Below, piece after piece: positions 1-14,113 of a DNA stretch of 64,000 bases (positions are counted from its first letter, which is position 1; the number at the start of each line of letters is the position of its first letter). The notes under the pieces are model-generated. The model saw only the letters and a program-made list of their open reading frames with translations. It did not search any database and was not told the DNA's origin. Position numbers and translations under genes: made by a program. This DNA comes from Neoconidiobolus thromboides FSU 785 (Eukaryota > Fungi > Entomophthoromycota), in the NCBI GenBank assembly GCA_025603075.1, contig MU626268.1:124001-188000 (forward strand), in the 5' to 3' direction.

Positions 1-320
1 TAGCTAGAATTATCCTTAACATTCAATAGACCGAATATTGGCTTATAATAAACCTTGCTTTTTATTTTAAGTGCTGTTCATTATAAGTAATTGAATAGAA
101 TAGTTGTTATATAGAATGGAAAGTTATTAATAAAATTAATATTGTTTTGTTTATGTCATTTAATAAAAACTAGATTAGCTTTAAGTTGATTAATTTACTA
201 TTGTTAAGTTGATAGTAATATCATTGTTATTCTACTAATTAATGATTGATAAAAATGAAGGATGTTTATTTTATTTATTTTCATATACCAACTTTAATGA
301 TACTATCATTTTTAAATAAT

Positions 321-427
321 ACATGGGGATGTTTTTTTTTGACTTCATCATTTTTTCCATCTTTGAGCACTATTTGAATGGAAAAATTATTAGTAAAATT
401 CTTAAACATAAAAATACATCCCCATAT
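321..427 (+). mobile_element. MITE family A copy (~105 bp, TIR GGGGATGT...ACATCCCC)
   Basis: acatGGGGATGT...ACATCCCCatat; internal core gcactatttga.tggaaaaatt.ttagtaaaattcttaa is shared with 17 other copies in the window. Confidence 0.85.
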
Positions 428-1965
428 CTAAATATTAAAAGTGAGTTAATTTCTATGAATAAGTTTAAAATTCAAGTTAATATATTTAATTTTCTTATTT
501 AGTTTTCTTAAAGCTCGAATTATGATTTGCTTAAACTAAAAAATCAATAAAATTAAGACAATGTTTTTTCTAGTTAGATTTAACTACTAATTTTTCAATC
601 TCTCATTATATAAAAAATGGCTAAACCATGGGTATGTAAAGAGAATAATTCTTGGTTATTCTAATATTTAACCTCCATTATTAAAATGACATATTGATGT
701 CAATCCCTATTTTAAACAAGTGACTTAATGTTTTTATTTTTAAAATGTTTATCAAATTCACCTGGTTAATTAACAACAAAATAATCAACTAAAATAACTA
801 AAGAAATTAAGATGAGATTGCTTTAACTTTACATCTGCTGAAACTTTATCATGACCTGATTTACAGTAACTTTAGAGTCAGTTGCTGTTTATTTGTTCCT
901 TTTCTAATGCTTAATCTGAAGATTCTAGCATGATTTTGACAGTTTTTTATTCTTGAATAAACAGTTAGTTATGTTGAAATATAATTACAGCAGTTGTATT
1001 GATTTATAGTTAGTATCAATTAAATCCTAGTGAAGAGTAGGAGACTACAAGTCATTTCCCTAATTATTGTTTTTTTTGTTACTATTACTGATTGGACAAA
1101 TAATTCACATTCTTATCCTCATACTTCATCATTAAGGCCAAATTATTATTAATAAAAAGGCTCATTTGAGGTAAATTTGGTTTTAATTATAATATAAATT
1201 GTGGGTCACAAAATGAGTATTTTAAGTGTGGGGTGAAAGCGATCATGTTGGTTCCTTGTCAAACTAATATTGATATTAATAAAAGTAATGATATCCGTTA
1301 TTAGAAGGTTACTAATAATATTAAAAGTAAATTCAATTTATTTATTAAAAAGCAGTAGCTTGTTCATATACGAAAAGTGAACCTATGGTCAACCTATCAT
1401 TATTATTATTATAAAACTATAAAACATCAACAAAAAATTAAGTCATTGATTGTTTATGATCCTCTTGATTTTACATCTATTTAAGCTTAGATGTGTGCTG
1501 ATTAACTACTCATTTACAAAAAAAAAACGAATATTAAGTAACAAATCACCATAACAATATAAATCGCCAAGTATAAAATTTATCACTAATTGTTACACAT
1601 TAGAGATTAACCAATACTATTATTAAATCCTTTTAACAAGCTCATAATTCTTGCATAGTTTATTTATGCTTTTTGTATACAAAAACCGACAAATTCCAAA
1701 ATTCAAGCTTGGATTTTTTAATTTCCAAATGATCATGATGTTATTATTTTGACAAATAATATTAGAACAATTATAAAGCATGAGATTAAATGATTTGATT
1801 ATTCTTATATTTGAATTCATGCTATCTACTTTATGTCTAAATCCATAAACTTTGTTGAATATGGGCTTGTAGTAAAATTAAGGTTAAATGAAGTTGATAA
1901 TAATATAAATATAAATTAAATGAAAGGTTAATATTAATTTTTATTTTGTATTTTTATAATTAATT

Positions 1966-3339
1966 ATGACTAATACTGCATTCAACTCTTTCCGATTAAC
2001 AAAAGATAACTATTCCATGGATAGTCTTCAACTTAAAGATGAACATGTGTCTTTATCATTAAGTAATCAACTTAATGAGGAACAAGATCTCAATAATGAT
2101 ACAATGAAAAACGATAGCAATGAGTTAATATTATCCCAACTATCAACGATAACTTCACAGCAATTGGCTTTTTTTGATAACGATAAAGATACTCAAACAG
2201 AAATTATTCAAGTCCGCCTGGATTATTTTAACGAAACAAAAGATAAAATAGCATTTAGTATTCAACAAAATATTGATATAAAAAATAAGAAAAGCGAGTT
2301 TGAGGGAAATACAAGAAAAATGGAATTTTATTATCCATTTTTAAATAAAGAATGGGATAAGAATTATAGATTGATTAATTTTAATGTACCTGAAATCATG
2401 AAAATGGAATTTAGTTATTTTAATCAAGTTAATAATAATATACTAAATAGCGATAGTAATAATAGTATCATCCTTAACGATGGTTTAAGTAGTATTCAAT
2501 TTCGATTAACTGATAGCCAAGATAGTTTATCTAGTCTATCCAATAAAGAATCATCGGATGATAATTTAGAATCTTATCCCAAATTAATCTTCAAATCTTC
2601 TATTGGCGATAAATCCTCTATGTTGGACAATAATTCGGATTTATATAAAGTATTTGAACGTAGTGTTGAACTGGAAAGTAAAAGTTCGACGAATCGACTG
2701 GATGAGTTTATTTTGTATCAAAATGAAAAAGAACAAGAAAGAAATTCTAAATTAGAATTTCATGACAACTTTAGTTTAACTTCCAATGATGAGGAGTATA
2801 ATATATTTGAAAGAAATATTGAAACTTCCCCCATAATTACAAGTCCAATCATTAGTTTGAATGGCATTGTAGATAGTGTATTAAATAGAGAATCCATACA
2901 TGAAGAGATAATTCTAAAAGATATTAAAAATATACAATCCCCTCGTCATACGGTTGTTATCAATGAAGAGGATTTTAATTCACCTCATTTGTCCTTTGAT
3001 TTACCAAAAATTGATGTGGAACCTTTTAAGCCATTTGAAGAGGAACACACTTTCGATAAACAAAGAAACTCTCAAGATGACTCACTAAAATTAACAATGA
3101 GTTATGATTTAACAGAAGGTTATGCAACTACCGATTTCAGCATCCCATTAAAATTTCAACGATACAATGGCTTATCAAAAGGAGAAAATAACACTGGATT
3201 ATCAACAAGGAATAAGACGGATCGAATTAGTAATCAAAACCATACTAAATTTCATAGTTTAAAACATAAATTCCAATCTCGTCTTTTTAGCTTCAAATTA
3301 TTTAAAAAAAATAAGGTTGGAAATATTCATGAAATTTAA
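1966..3339 (+). CDS. hypothetical protein, N/S/D/E-rich, likely disordered (457 aa)
   Basis: 1374-nt uninterrupted ATG ORF in very AT-rich DNA; no domain recognised. Confidence 0.65.
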   Translation: MTNTAFNSFRLTKDNYSMDSLQLKDEHVSLSLSNQLNEEQDLNNDTMKNDSNELILSQLSTITSQQLAFFDNDKDTQTEIIQVRLDYFNETKDKIAFSIQQNIDIKNKKSEFEGNTRKMEFYYPFLNKEWDKNYRLINFNVPEIMKMEFSYFNQVNNNILNSDSNNSIILNDGLSSIQFRLTDSQDSLSSLSNKESSDDNLESYPKLIFKSSIGDKSSMLDNNSDLYKVFERSVELESKSSTNRLDEFILYQNEKEQERNSKLEFHDNFSLTSNDEEYNIFERNIETSPIITSPIISLNGIVDSVLNRESIHEEIILKDIKNIQSPRHTVVINEEDFNSPHLSFDLPKIDVEPFKPFEEEHTFDKQRNSQDDSLKLTMSYDLTEGYATTDFSIPLKFQRYNGLSKGENNTGLSTRNKTDRISNQNHTKFHSLKHKFQSRLFSFKLFKKNKVGNIHEI

Positions 3340-3602
3340 AGTATAAAAATGACCCAAAATTCAATTATTTCAATTGCTTCTAGTACTATCCACTGTTATC
3401 TATAATTCATTTACACTCTTCTTATAATAATAAAGTAAACCTAATTGTTTATTAATGTCTTACCATTCACATGTTATTAACGCGAAGTTTAAACCTTATT
3501 TTAATAAAAAGTTATAAAAATAAAAATAAAACTCAGTTTCTTTATTAGATTTTTTATATTTTGTATTTTTATATTTTGAGCTTTGATTATTGTCTGTCTA
3601 CT

Positions 3603-4102
3603 ATGGTTTACAACTTCACTTATCAACAAGTCACTACTACTGAACAATTAAATTCAGCTTATTCTATCCGTCATGAAGTATTTTGTATTGGCCAAAACGT
3701 GGATCCAAATTATGAAAGAGATGGGTAAATGCATTACATTCAAATTATAAATTAAAACAATAACTAACTCATTCTCTCAGAATTGATACCACCGCCACTC
3801 ATTTCATTGCTTTAGATGGCAAAAAGGCTGTCGGTACTTTACGCAGTCATCAAATCCCTTCTAGTGAATATCAATTATCCCGTATAGCAGTCTTACCTGA
3901 ATATCAAGGTAAAGGAGTAGGGAAAGGATTAATTTCTTATAGCGAAGAAAAACTAAAGGAAGATTTTGGTAGCGTCAAAATCATTTTAGAAGCTCAAAAA
4001 GAAAAGATTGGATTTTATCAACGTTTAGGTTATGAGCTAAAAGATGCTACTACTTTTCTTAAACAAAATATTGTACATGTAATTATGATTAAAATTTTGT
4101 AA
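3603..4102 (+). CDS. GNAT N-acetyltransferase, YjcF/ElaA-like (2 exons: 3603-3724, 3781-4102)
   Basis: Absent from the ORF track. Splicing the GT..AG intron 3725-3780 gives AYSIRHEVF...ERDG...ATHF...AVGTLR...RIAVLPEYQGKGVGKGL (acetyl-CoA motif A)...LEAQ...GFYQRLGY. Confidence 0.9.
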
Positions 4103-4201
4103 AAAAATTGATTCTATCTTGAATTTCAACTTATATTATTTTATTATCAAAAACAAGCTACCAAATATTTTATTAAAAAATCACAAAATACGCTTCCTTC
4201 T

Positions 4202-7200
4202 TTAGTCTTTAAATATCTCTGATACATGTGATTTGTATTGAAATACGTAGCTCAATGCATCAAAATCTTTAGTAGCTTCTTTTAATTCTTTATCGGCTAA
4301 CTTATGGCGACTCTGCTTTGGAAAATGAGACCAAGAAGAGATATCCGGATAGGTAGAATTCTCTCTATCAACCTCGTCACATGATCCTTTACAACCATAG
4401 GTATCATGTGTCTCACACTCCGCTTCATTGATCTTAAATAATTCCCTTAAATCTGTTAATGAAAAATGTCTTTCAGATTGTTCTTCATCTACTACACAAT
4501 TTGATAATGCTTGCTTATGACTTTGTCGTTGAAAGATCTTTTCTTCCAGTGTACCAACTGCAATCAATCGATATATAAAGCATGTTTTCTTTTGTCCATC
4601 TCGCCAAACACGTGCCAATGCTTGCTGATCGGATGCTGGGTTCCAATCGGGGTCAAACAAAAATAATCGGTTGGCGCCTATTAAATTAATACCACAGCCT
4701 CCTGCTTTACTACTCAATAAAAATAAAAATTCATTCCCTTCTGGATCATTAAATTTATCTACTAATTTTTGTCTCTTGTTAATTGTCATCGAGCCATCCA
4801 ACCTTAAAAAAGGGAATCTAAATTAACAAAGCAATTAATATTACTAATATAGTTAATATCATAATTATTACCTTCTCATCTTTGATAACTTTTCAAACAT
4901 ATCCAATGTTTGTGTATAATTTGAAATTAACACCACTTTATCAGTAGTAGTTTTACGTATTAATCTCAACATATTATCCAACAACACTAATTTACTCGAA
5001 TATTCTACGTTTAAATCAGAATACCCACCTCCTCTAACTGCATTACGTGCTGAACGATCATTGGATTGAGCCATATAATATTCTGGTACAATCATTTCTG
5101 CACCTTGGATATCCTCTGGGTATTTTAAAAGAGAAGGATGATTAACTAACTTTTTTAAAATATTGATAGCTTGAAGTGATGTTGCCTTTTGCCCACTTTT
5201 TTCTTCTAGCAAATTTTTTACATTTTTAGAATTAATAAATTTTTGATATAGTGTCTTTTGTGTATCACTTAATTTACAAAATACAATATGCTCATATTTC
5301 GTTGGTAAATATTTGATCAATAAATCATTGGTACGTCTAATAATAATCTTTGATACTTTGGCATTTAACTCCTTTAGTTTTTCATCCCCAATATCTCGAT
5401 CCCTTTGAGTAGCTGCTGCATCTCTTCCTTTTAAAATTGGGTTCTCAAAATTACTACGAAATTCATTCTCACTCCCCAATAAATTGGGGTTAGTAAAAGA
5501 TAATATGGAAAAATATTCAGATAAATCATTCTAGTTAAATGATAAAATATTATTAATATGTTTCATTAATTAATTACTACTTTTTAATTTCTTACTTGAA
5601 TTGGTGTTCCTGATAAAATTACCCTTCGTTTAACATTTAATTGGTTCAATGCTTGAAACGTTTGATTCTTTGAATTTTTTAATCGATGTCCCTCATCACA
5701 TAATAGCAATCCAATTTCTGCATTACCCAATTGAGGTACGACTGACCTTAATGTTTCATATGAAATAATCAAAACTAGATAATTACTTTTACTACTTATA
5801 CTATTATAATTAGTCAATAATTTTACCTTGTGTGGAGCGATATCCTTGATCTTTAAGAAAGCGCAGAAGATCCATACTCAATTGGTCTCTAGCTGAACCA
5901 AGCTGGGCATTTACTTTATAATCACAAACAATGGGATTAACTCTACCTTTACCTAACCACTTTACCAATTCATTGGCCCAATTGTTCACCAAACTGGAAG
6001 GACAAGCAATAACACATCTTTCAGCTGTAGCCTTTCCAGGGGTTGGTGACTGTTTGAGCAACGTCCAAAGCAGGGTTATACACTGTAAGGTTTTACCAAG
6101 CCCCATTTCGTCAGCCATGATACAACCATAGTTATCTTTAACTCTAAGCCCAGTGACACAATCATATAAAAATTTCACTCCCTCCACTTGATGGGGTCTT
6201 AAAACTTTAGCTAATCTTGGATCAACAACCACTGCTATTTCCGGTAACCCTTCGATCTCTTTATTTGATTGCAAAGCCTTAGCTAATTTCGCTTCAAGTT
6301 TTACTTTTTCATTTTCGCTTATCGTTTTACTTGGCCTATATAAAACAAGCGCGCCTTCTCGATCCGGATCATACAATGGCCTCATTAAAGCTCTGAAATT
6401 AAATCTTGGTCTTAATCCCAATGGTACTGAGTTATAATCGAAATTTTTATATTCTTCTTGCATGGCTGGATCACTATATGGTAGTGTATATGGTCTATCA
6501 GGGTTTCCCTTTTCCTCTTTTCCATTAAATCGTATGCCAAGTGGAACATATTGACTTGGATCATCTCGTCTTGCTTCCCATCCCCTAGTTCTTCCAGCCA
6601 TCATTGGATTTACAAATGGTCTATGCACGAATTTTTCTTGACGAGTATAAAAGCTCCTCAAACCTAAAGATCCCATTATTGAGGATTGGCTGACAACACT
6701 CATTTCTTTTACCACATTTCCCTCTTTAGCTCCCTGCTTTTGTCCAATCACTACTGTTATCTTTTTTGCCTTTTTAGCTACTGGTGACTCTTCCTTATCA
6801 CTACCTTTGTATTCCCATTCATCACTATCTTTATCATCTAATTTAGTACTTTCTTTATCATCCAATTTATCACCTTCTTTATCCTCCCATGCTTCACTTG
6901 CAGCCTTTTTTAAACTAGCTAATAACTCATCACTATCCTCTCCACTTGATATGATTAGCTCTTCTTCCACTTCGGCCACTTTATTTGTAGGACTCGCTAA
7001 CTGTTTGTCTGATTCTTGAGAAAGAGGAATATCTACATTCTTATCCACCATCCCGCCCGTTTTAATATGAGAGCTCGCTTTACTCTGAGAAGTCTTTTGA
7101 GAATCTACTTTATTTTGAGAAGATTTTTGAGAATCCACTTTATTTTGGGAAGTTGGTTTTTGCGATGGTGTTTCCTTAACCACCTTTTTAACTGAAACAA

Positions 7201-7432
7201 AATCATCTTCATAGATATCATCGTACATTGTCATGATCTCATCTTCCAAACTAGTACCTGTTGTGTTCAATGATTTTAAGCCATTGTTCTTCACCCTCTC
7301 ACGTTCTCTTTTTCGTAAGGTGCTATAATTATCTGCCTGTATTTCTTCTATCGTTGGCTCGCGATAACTTATCATCATCGCTTTTCGTCGCATTGGTCGT
7401 TCGCCTTTGGTAGGGGTATTGATATCTTTCAT
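4202..7432 (-). CDS. RAD54: DNA repair/recombination protein Rad54 (SNF2 family); introns ~5775-5826, 5531-5595, 4818-4871
   Basis: [93 protein letters not shown]. Confidence 0.95.
7079..7168 (-). repeat. 30-bp coding tandem repeat (~3 units) in the RAD54 N-terminal region
   Basis: Units like tttattttgagaagatttttgagaatccac encode SQNKVDSQK(S/T). Confidence 0.75.
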
Positions 7433-8942
7433 TGGTAGTTGATTTTGGAAGCAGTTAATTTTGAAAGTGAGTTAGAATTGGAGATTTGGAAATTTGAAAA
7501 AAGTTGGGCTTTAAACACGATTAGGGCAAATTTATCTCTTTCTCAAAAACTGCGCTTTTATTTGTTTTTTTACGATGATTTACTTGTTTTGAAAGACTAT
7601 AAGCAAACGAATCATTTAGCAGTAATTTACGAGCTCGAGACTTGTAATTAGATAGATTTTTAGTAAAATTCACGTAATTTGCCTTAAGTTCATAGGGAGT
7701 TGAAGCAGTTTTTCGTGATTTTAGAGGATCGTGATTGGTATCGGCGTTTTAATTGGTTATAATGTGACTACAATGGAATTTTTCATGAATTTTTCCATAC
7801 ATGGAAAAAGATTTTGTATTTGATCTATGTCTACAATTCAATTAGTTGAATGAATCATTTAGTATAGCTTAGTTTTTTTGAACATCATTCTTATTTGTGT
7901 TTTAATTGAAGTAAAGTATGCTTTATGTTCAATGTTATATTTTGCATTATGGATTTAGAACGTTCTCTAAACTTTCTTCAATATCATGTGCCACTTGATA
8001 AAGCTTTACCCAAAGTATTAAGAGTATTTAGCTTAAATTAATAGTTTATTAAATTGCCTGTTGTCTATTAAACATATTTAAAGTTAATCTTGTTTTTTAA
8101 TTTTTATTTTAGTCATTATTATTTAAATCCTACTGTCTAATCTGTCTGTTTATTTTATGTAAATTATTATATTTAATGGTTTGTGAATTAACGGAGTATA
8201 ATGAGTTACTTCACCTGGTTTCCACGATGTTAAACTATTATAGGCGATCTGCTTCATCTTTATTTCTACACTAATCGTAACTACTAAACCACTGGTTATT
8301 TGTATTGCTGCTCGACACTGTATGTAGGCTCATAGTATTGTCATGTATTTGTCTTTAATTTTTTAATTCGTTAATTGCCTTTGAATTAATAAGAAGTTAA
8401 TAATTTAAATTTTTGCTTAAATAATTTGATGATCCAAATAACATTAGCACTGTTCTATTTGACTTCCTTGCTATACACAGCTCTTCTATTTATATTTAAA
8501 CTTCTATCATTTTATTATTTTATATAAATGTTATCTTTGAATTTTCTTTAAAAATAGCTTTCTTTTTCCCTCTTGAAGCTAAAGAATGAAATGGGGTTTA
8601 GATGAGTAATGTGATAATATCTATAAAGTTGATCATCTCAATCTGTCATTTTATGTAACATAGTTACTACTATTACCACTCAACATATTATAATTAATAT
8701 AAATATACTATGAAAATAAAGACAAAGTCTAAAAAATCAGATAAAATTACAACTTAAATTTAAATTCTCAACCTTATTTTCTTGGAATAAGTAAGAAAAG
8801 AACAAAATAAGTAAAAAGGTGCTAAAAATGACCATATGAAAAATGTGCCAATTTTTGCTTGCACTGATGATGTTGAGCCAAGATTAGAAACAAAAAAAAA
8901 GAAAATAGGAGATTGTGATTTTTTATGTTGGTTTAAATAAAA

Positions 8943-11900
8943 ATGAGTATACAAGAGGTAGGATAGTTAATAAATTAACAAAATTAATCAAATTAACGAA
9001 AAAAAGAGAATTCATACTTTAGAAAAGAAAGTACATTTAAAGAGAGAAGAATTAGCTAGGACAGAAAGTAGGCCAGAAGATAGGGGAGACAAAAAGGAAG
9101 GTTTAAAAAAAGAGATAGAAATAATATATAACAAATACCCATTTTTAAGCGAATGGGATAAAGTATTTAAAGCTGATAATAAGACTAATACAAACTTTGA
9201 GCCGTCAAAAGAGAAGCTTAAAGAGCTAACAACCCGTGCAGATTTGATAAAAAAGGAACTGAGTAAATCATCTATGAATGACAACTCAACATCTAAAAAG
9301 ATTTTAGACTTAAAATATGAGCTGTTCTGCATAAAGGATTCCATTGAATATGGGTACAGTTTAGAGAATTCAAATAGCAACTCGTTTCCAACTTTGAACT
9401 TAACTTCTGGAGACTCTTCGCTATCGAAAAAGACAGCAGCGTTATTGGCACAAAGGATGGAGGCTTTGAAAATGAATTTAAATCAAAACTCGATTCCACA
9501 GGATGCTCTAGATAGAAGGGAGACTTATAAAAGAAAGCTAGAGATGGAAAAAGAAGAGCAGGACGTTAAGTACAAAATTATGAGAGAAGAGTTGGATAGG
9601 ATGGTGATTGAGTTTGATAATAAAGTCAACAAGTCAGGTCTTTCAGCAGTACCATTGAATTCAAATAAGGTGGAAGAACTTAAAAACCAGGCTTTAGCGT
9701 GGAAGAATTTTTCTTTGAAAAGTAAAGAGACCCAAGTGCTTTTAGGTAAACTGACTAGTAATTCTACTAATACCAAAATGTCACACGAGTCTAAAAATAT
9801 TGAAAAAATGAATAATACGCTTCCTTCAAGCTTAAAATATGGTTCAAATACAACACAATACAGTAATAATAATTCGAGGATGACAATCAATAATATGTTC
9901 AATAAGCACAATGAGGTTAATGGGAAAGATACAATAAAAAATGAAGCTAAAAAAGATCCAATAACAAAGCAAAGTCGGTCAATAACCTATAATGATAAAG
10001 AAAAAAGTACTTTTAAAGAACAAAGCCAAACAACAACTTATAATGATAAAGAAGAGAACACGATTGAAAGAGATGAAAAAGAAGGTGGGGATTTTGATTT
10101 AATATCAGACCGTTTAGCAATTGAACAAGCAAGTAAAAAAGCAAGAGAAAAAGCAAAGATGTTTGAAATAGCAAGCAATTCTTATGTGCCTAAACGGCCA
10201 ATGAGTCCCAAACCTCAATTCAAACCACAAGTTAAACCTAAACCTCAACAAATCCAAAATTATAGTAAGCCAGTTATAAACGTAATTCCAGCTGCTCAGC
10301 AAAGTATTAGTAAAGAAAGAGAGAAAAAGGATGAGATAATGAAAAAGCAAGAGCGGGATCGAATACTCCGAGATAAACTTAAAGAGCAAGGAGATAATCA
10401 AAATCAAGAATCAAGTATTGAAGATATTCGAAAAGCAGCTAGGAAAGCAAGATCTCATTTCCAGGATGCACAGAGTGGCAACACTGAAGTTGATAAATTT
10501 GAAGTTAAAAAAGAAAGCAAAGTACCACCTCCAGTTAAAGCTAAGCCCTCCTTCTTGAACAATAGTAGCCTCAAACCAGAAGTAAAAGAGAAGAGTAATC
10601 ATGTTAGAAAAATATCGAATGAAATAAATGAGCATAAAATCAGTTTAAATTCTATAATAACAAAAGAGCATAAAACTGATTTGAGCCCTGTAGTAACAAA
10701 TGATTTAGAAACTAGCAATAGAATAGCTGATGAGCTGAAAAACGAGTTGCAAGATAGCAATAAGTTGGTTGAGGAAGTAGCTAACGAGTCACAAAGTGAT
10801 GATAGAATACCATACAATCAAGCTAATTTTAATGATAAATATGAATTAAATGATAACCATCATACTGCTATGGGAGCAAAGGAAGTATTTGAGCAATTAG
10901 AGCAGAAAGGTGATTATTCAGTGAATAATATTGTGCCATTAAACAATCAAAATAATAACGATAAAACCTCTAATACACAAAATGAAGCCGGCTCAGCCTA
11001 TAAAGTATCAAATCTAAATGATGTTTATGGAAAAGCCACTAAAGAAAATGGTAATTATAATCAAATAGCAAGCGAACATGTTGAACCTGTACAAGAAACA
11101 TCAACCCTAAACCAAGAATATATTGTTGCTACTCAAGATCTACCAAGCTCAGAAAATCCATGGGTTGTACGGGCATTATATGACTATTCAGATTACGGTT
11201 CAGAATTAGGCAGTAATACAGTAGAGATTAAGGCTGGACAAGTTATTTATATCACAAGTTTACCAGAAGATAATATCGAATGGTGTATGGGATACATTGA
11301 AAGTAAAAGAGATTTACTATGTTGGGTACCTACTTCTTATCTAGAGATGCCAGAATCATTTTATAAATTAAAAGAAAGTAAGGGTGAGAATGATAATGAC
11401 AATGAGATTGAGAATGAAGTTGGAATTGAAATTGAAACTCAGAGTATGGAAGCTAATGATCATTTTGCGGATGAGACAAGCCAAATTGAAAATGAAGCTA
11501 CACCTTCAGCTACTTTACTATGTGATTGGGAAGCAGAAGTCGAAGGCGGAGTTACTATGGTTTTTGAACAAGGATTAAGAGTGGATATCCTTGATATTAG
11601 TAACCCAGATTGGTATTTAGCACGTCACCCATCCAATCAAGCGTTAGCCTATTTACCCGCCGACCAATTATTTATATCAAATGATAATCCATTCTATAGT
11701 ATTTCATTAAAGCAAAGCTATGATACAGAAAGCGAACAAGTCTACAACTCGGACTCAGAGCATTTTGATGTCGAATCTAGGCTATCTAAATTAGGAATAA
11801 GTAGAAATTCATCTCTAAGAAAAGTTCAATCTTCTCACAGTCTGTCTACAACTGACTATAACGATATGGATAGAATGAGTGTAAGTAGTTTAAACTAATT

Positions 11901-13167
11901 TTATAAACATTTATATTAACTTTTTGTTAGTCCCCGCATAGGCTAGGTTGGGCTAGCCAAGTTGATCAAGAAGCACTTAACGGGTTGGATCAAAATGAGA
12001 TTAAACGAAGAGAAGCAATCCATGAGTTGATAGCAACTGAAAAAACATATTTAAGGGATATGCAATTAGTAGTTGATTTGTTTTTAACGCCTTTGGAAGG
12101 GCAACTAAATGGTAGCGAAATTAAATTGATCTTTTCGAATTTAAGTACCGTCGTTATGGTTAATACCATGTTTTTATCAGCTTTAGAAGGCATGTGTGGT
12201 GAATTAACTGAGAACACATGCATTGGGGAACTCTTTTTAGAGTACGCTGACCAGTTTGCATGTTACGCAGAATATTGTGGCAATCAAGCAGCCTCATCAA
12301 GGTTTGTGCAAAACAAAATACAAACAGATATCAATTTTTCAACACTCTTGAAGAACATTTCATTCAAGCCAGAGTGTAGGATGCTAACGCTATCCTCCTT
12401 TCTTTTAGAACCAGTTCAAAGAATCACTAGATATCCATTGCTGCTAAAAAATGTAACTAATAGCTTAATTTCTAGTATTATGTTTAACATTTTACTCATT
12501 TAGGTTTTAAAATACACTAACAAAAATCATAGTGACTACGAAGCGTTAGAAAGAGCAATCATCAAGGCTGAGACTATGTTAGAAGATATAAATCGACAAG
12601 CACAAGCATCAGAAAATGCACAGCAACTTTTAGAGTTAAGTAGACAGATTGATTTACATAATTATCCAGATTTCAAGTTAAATGGGCTTACACGTAACTT
12701 GGGGCCGCGTCAAGCCATCATTGATGGACCAGTAAATAAGCATAAGTCTGGTAGACAGCTACATGCCTTTTTGTTTAACGATCTATTACTAATTACACAA
12801 CCAAATTCTAATTCAAATATAGTCAAATATACGTTATATTTACCAGTAAGTTTATTTCACTTTCTTATTAACAACTTAACTTAACTTAACTTTCTTTAGC
12901 CTATGCCTTTAGCTCGACTTAAAATCAGGGATGCTCAAACAGCACAGGGCAGAAGGGGAATATTTTCACCATATGGTAAGTTCATTATGTTAATATTAGG
13001 CTGAGTTATTTATTATTATCTTAGATGATACTTGCTTCCAAATAATTCATATTAAAGAAGTAATAACATTGAAAGCATCAACACCCTCTACTAAAAAGAA
13101 ATGGATATCCGAAGTCACTAAAGCCATCGATCTTGCTGTTAATGCTGAAAAGATGAGCCGATTTTAA
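8943..13167 (+). CDS. RhoGEF with coiled-coil, two SH3 domains, DH and PH domains (intersectin-like C-terminal architecture)
   Basis: SH3: WVVRALYDY...WCMGY...WVPTSYL and ATLLCDWEA...DWYLA...YLPAD; DH: KRREAIHELIATEKTY...FLLEPVQRITRYPLLLK; PH ends ...KKKWISEV. Introns at 8958-9006 (start exon inferred), 11881-11930, ~12452-12503, ~12845-12899, ~12977-13024. Confidence 0.85.
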
Positions 13168-14113
13168 AATGGGTCAATACCTTGTTTTTTTGAAGTTTAC
13201 TAAAAAAAAGTTTTTTATGTTTTAAGTGGAATAAATTTTGTCTTTATTAGATTTTGATTCTCAATTTGAAAATATTACTGTAAAAATATATGAGGTTTTT
13301 TCTATGCTTTTTATAATAATCAAATGAATGTCATGTTCTATGTAAGTTGATGTTATGGTTATCAAAAAATATCAGAAATATTCAATTATATCTACAATAA
13401 TCCTATTGCTTTTATATTAACACTTGAGTGGTTAAGTACATCACTTTAAATGGAAAAAGGTATTATTTTAACTTATTAAAGTTGAAAGAATTTTGTATTC
13501 TAAACTTTATTAAAATTAATATTAGATTTTAACATACATTTAATATATCAACTATATATCTATTATATAGATAAATTGGAACATGAACCTCCTATTATTT
13601 GAAATTAAACTTATGTAATCATTACTTTAAATGTCTACTTTAATAACTAGTTTACATTTGAATTACAGAAAGCCTGTTAAATTTTTTTAATTAAGATAAA
13701 TTTATTTTAATAATTATTCCATTCAGTTTTTTTGCAACTTTCTAAGTGGCAATTTTTGTAATTAAAATATTTATATAGCCAATTTTTAAAGCCTAGTTTT
13801 ATATATATTATTCTAGTTTTAACTTAAATTTTTTCTTAAATGAGCAGTTAATTTAATCTTAAAAAAATTACAACATCTATGAAATTTCTTTTAATAGAAT
13901 AAAACAGGCTAATAAATTCTCCAGAAAAAAACACTTAGATAAAAAAGGAAACTCAGGTTATCGTTAAACCAATAAGACCAGCAACTAGTTAGTAAGCATC
14001 AAGTTATTGGCTTTGCAAAAAACTGAACGGTTAAAGATAGAAAATTATAGATTATATAAAAATAAAACTAGACCAAATATAAAAACCGATCTTTAAATAT
14101 AATAATAACAATA

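Noticed and set aside
8170-8350. Slightly GC-richer island with possible long-range pairing and a U1-like TTACTTCACCTGG
   Set aside because: Does not match the U1 5' end exactly, no Sm site or recognisable fold, and the pairing needs a large bulge
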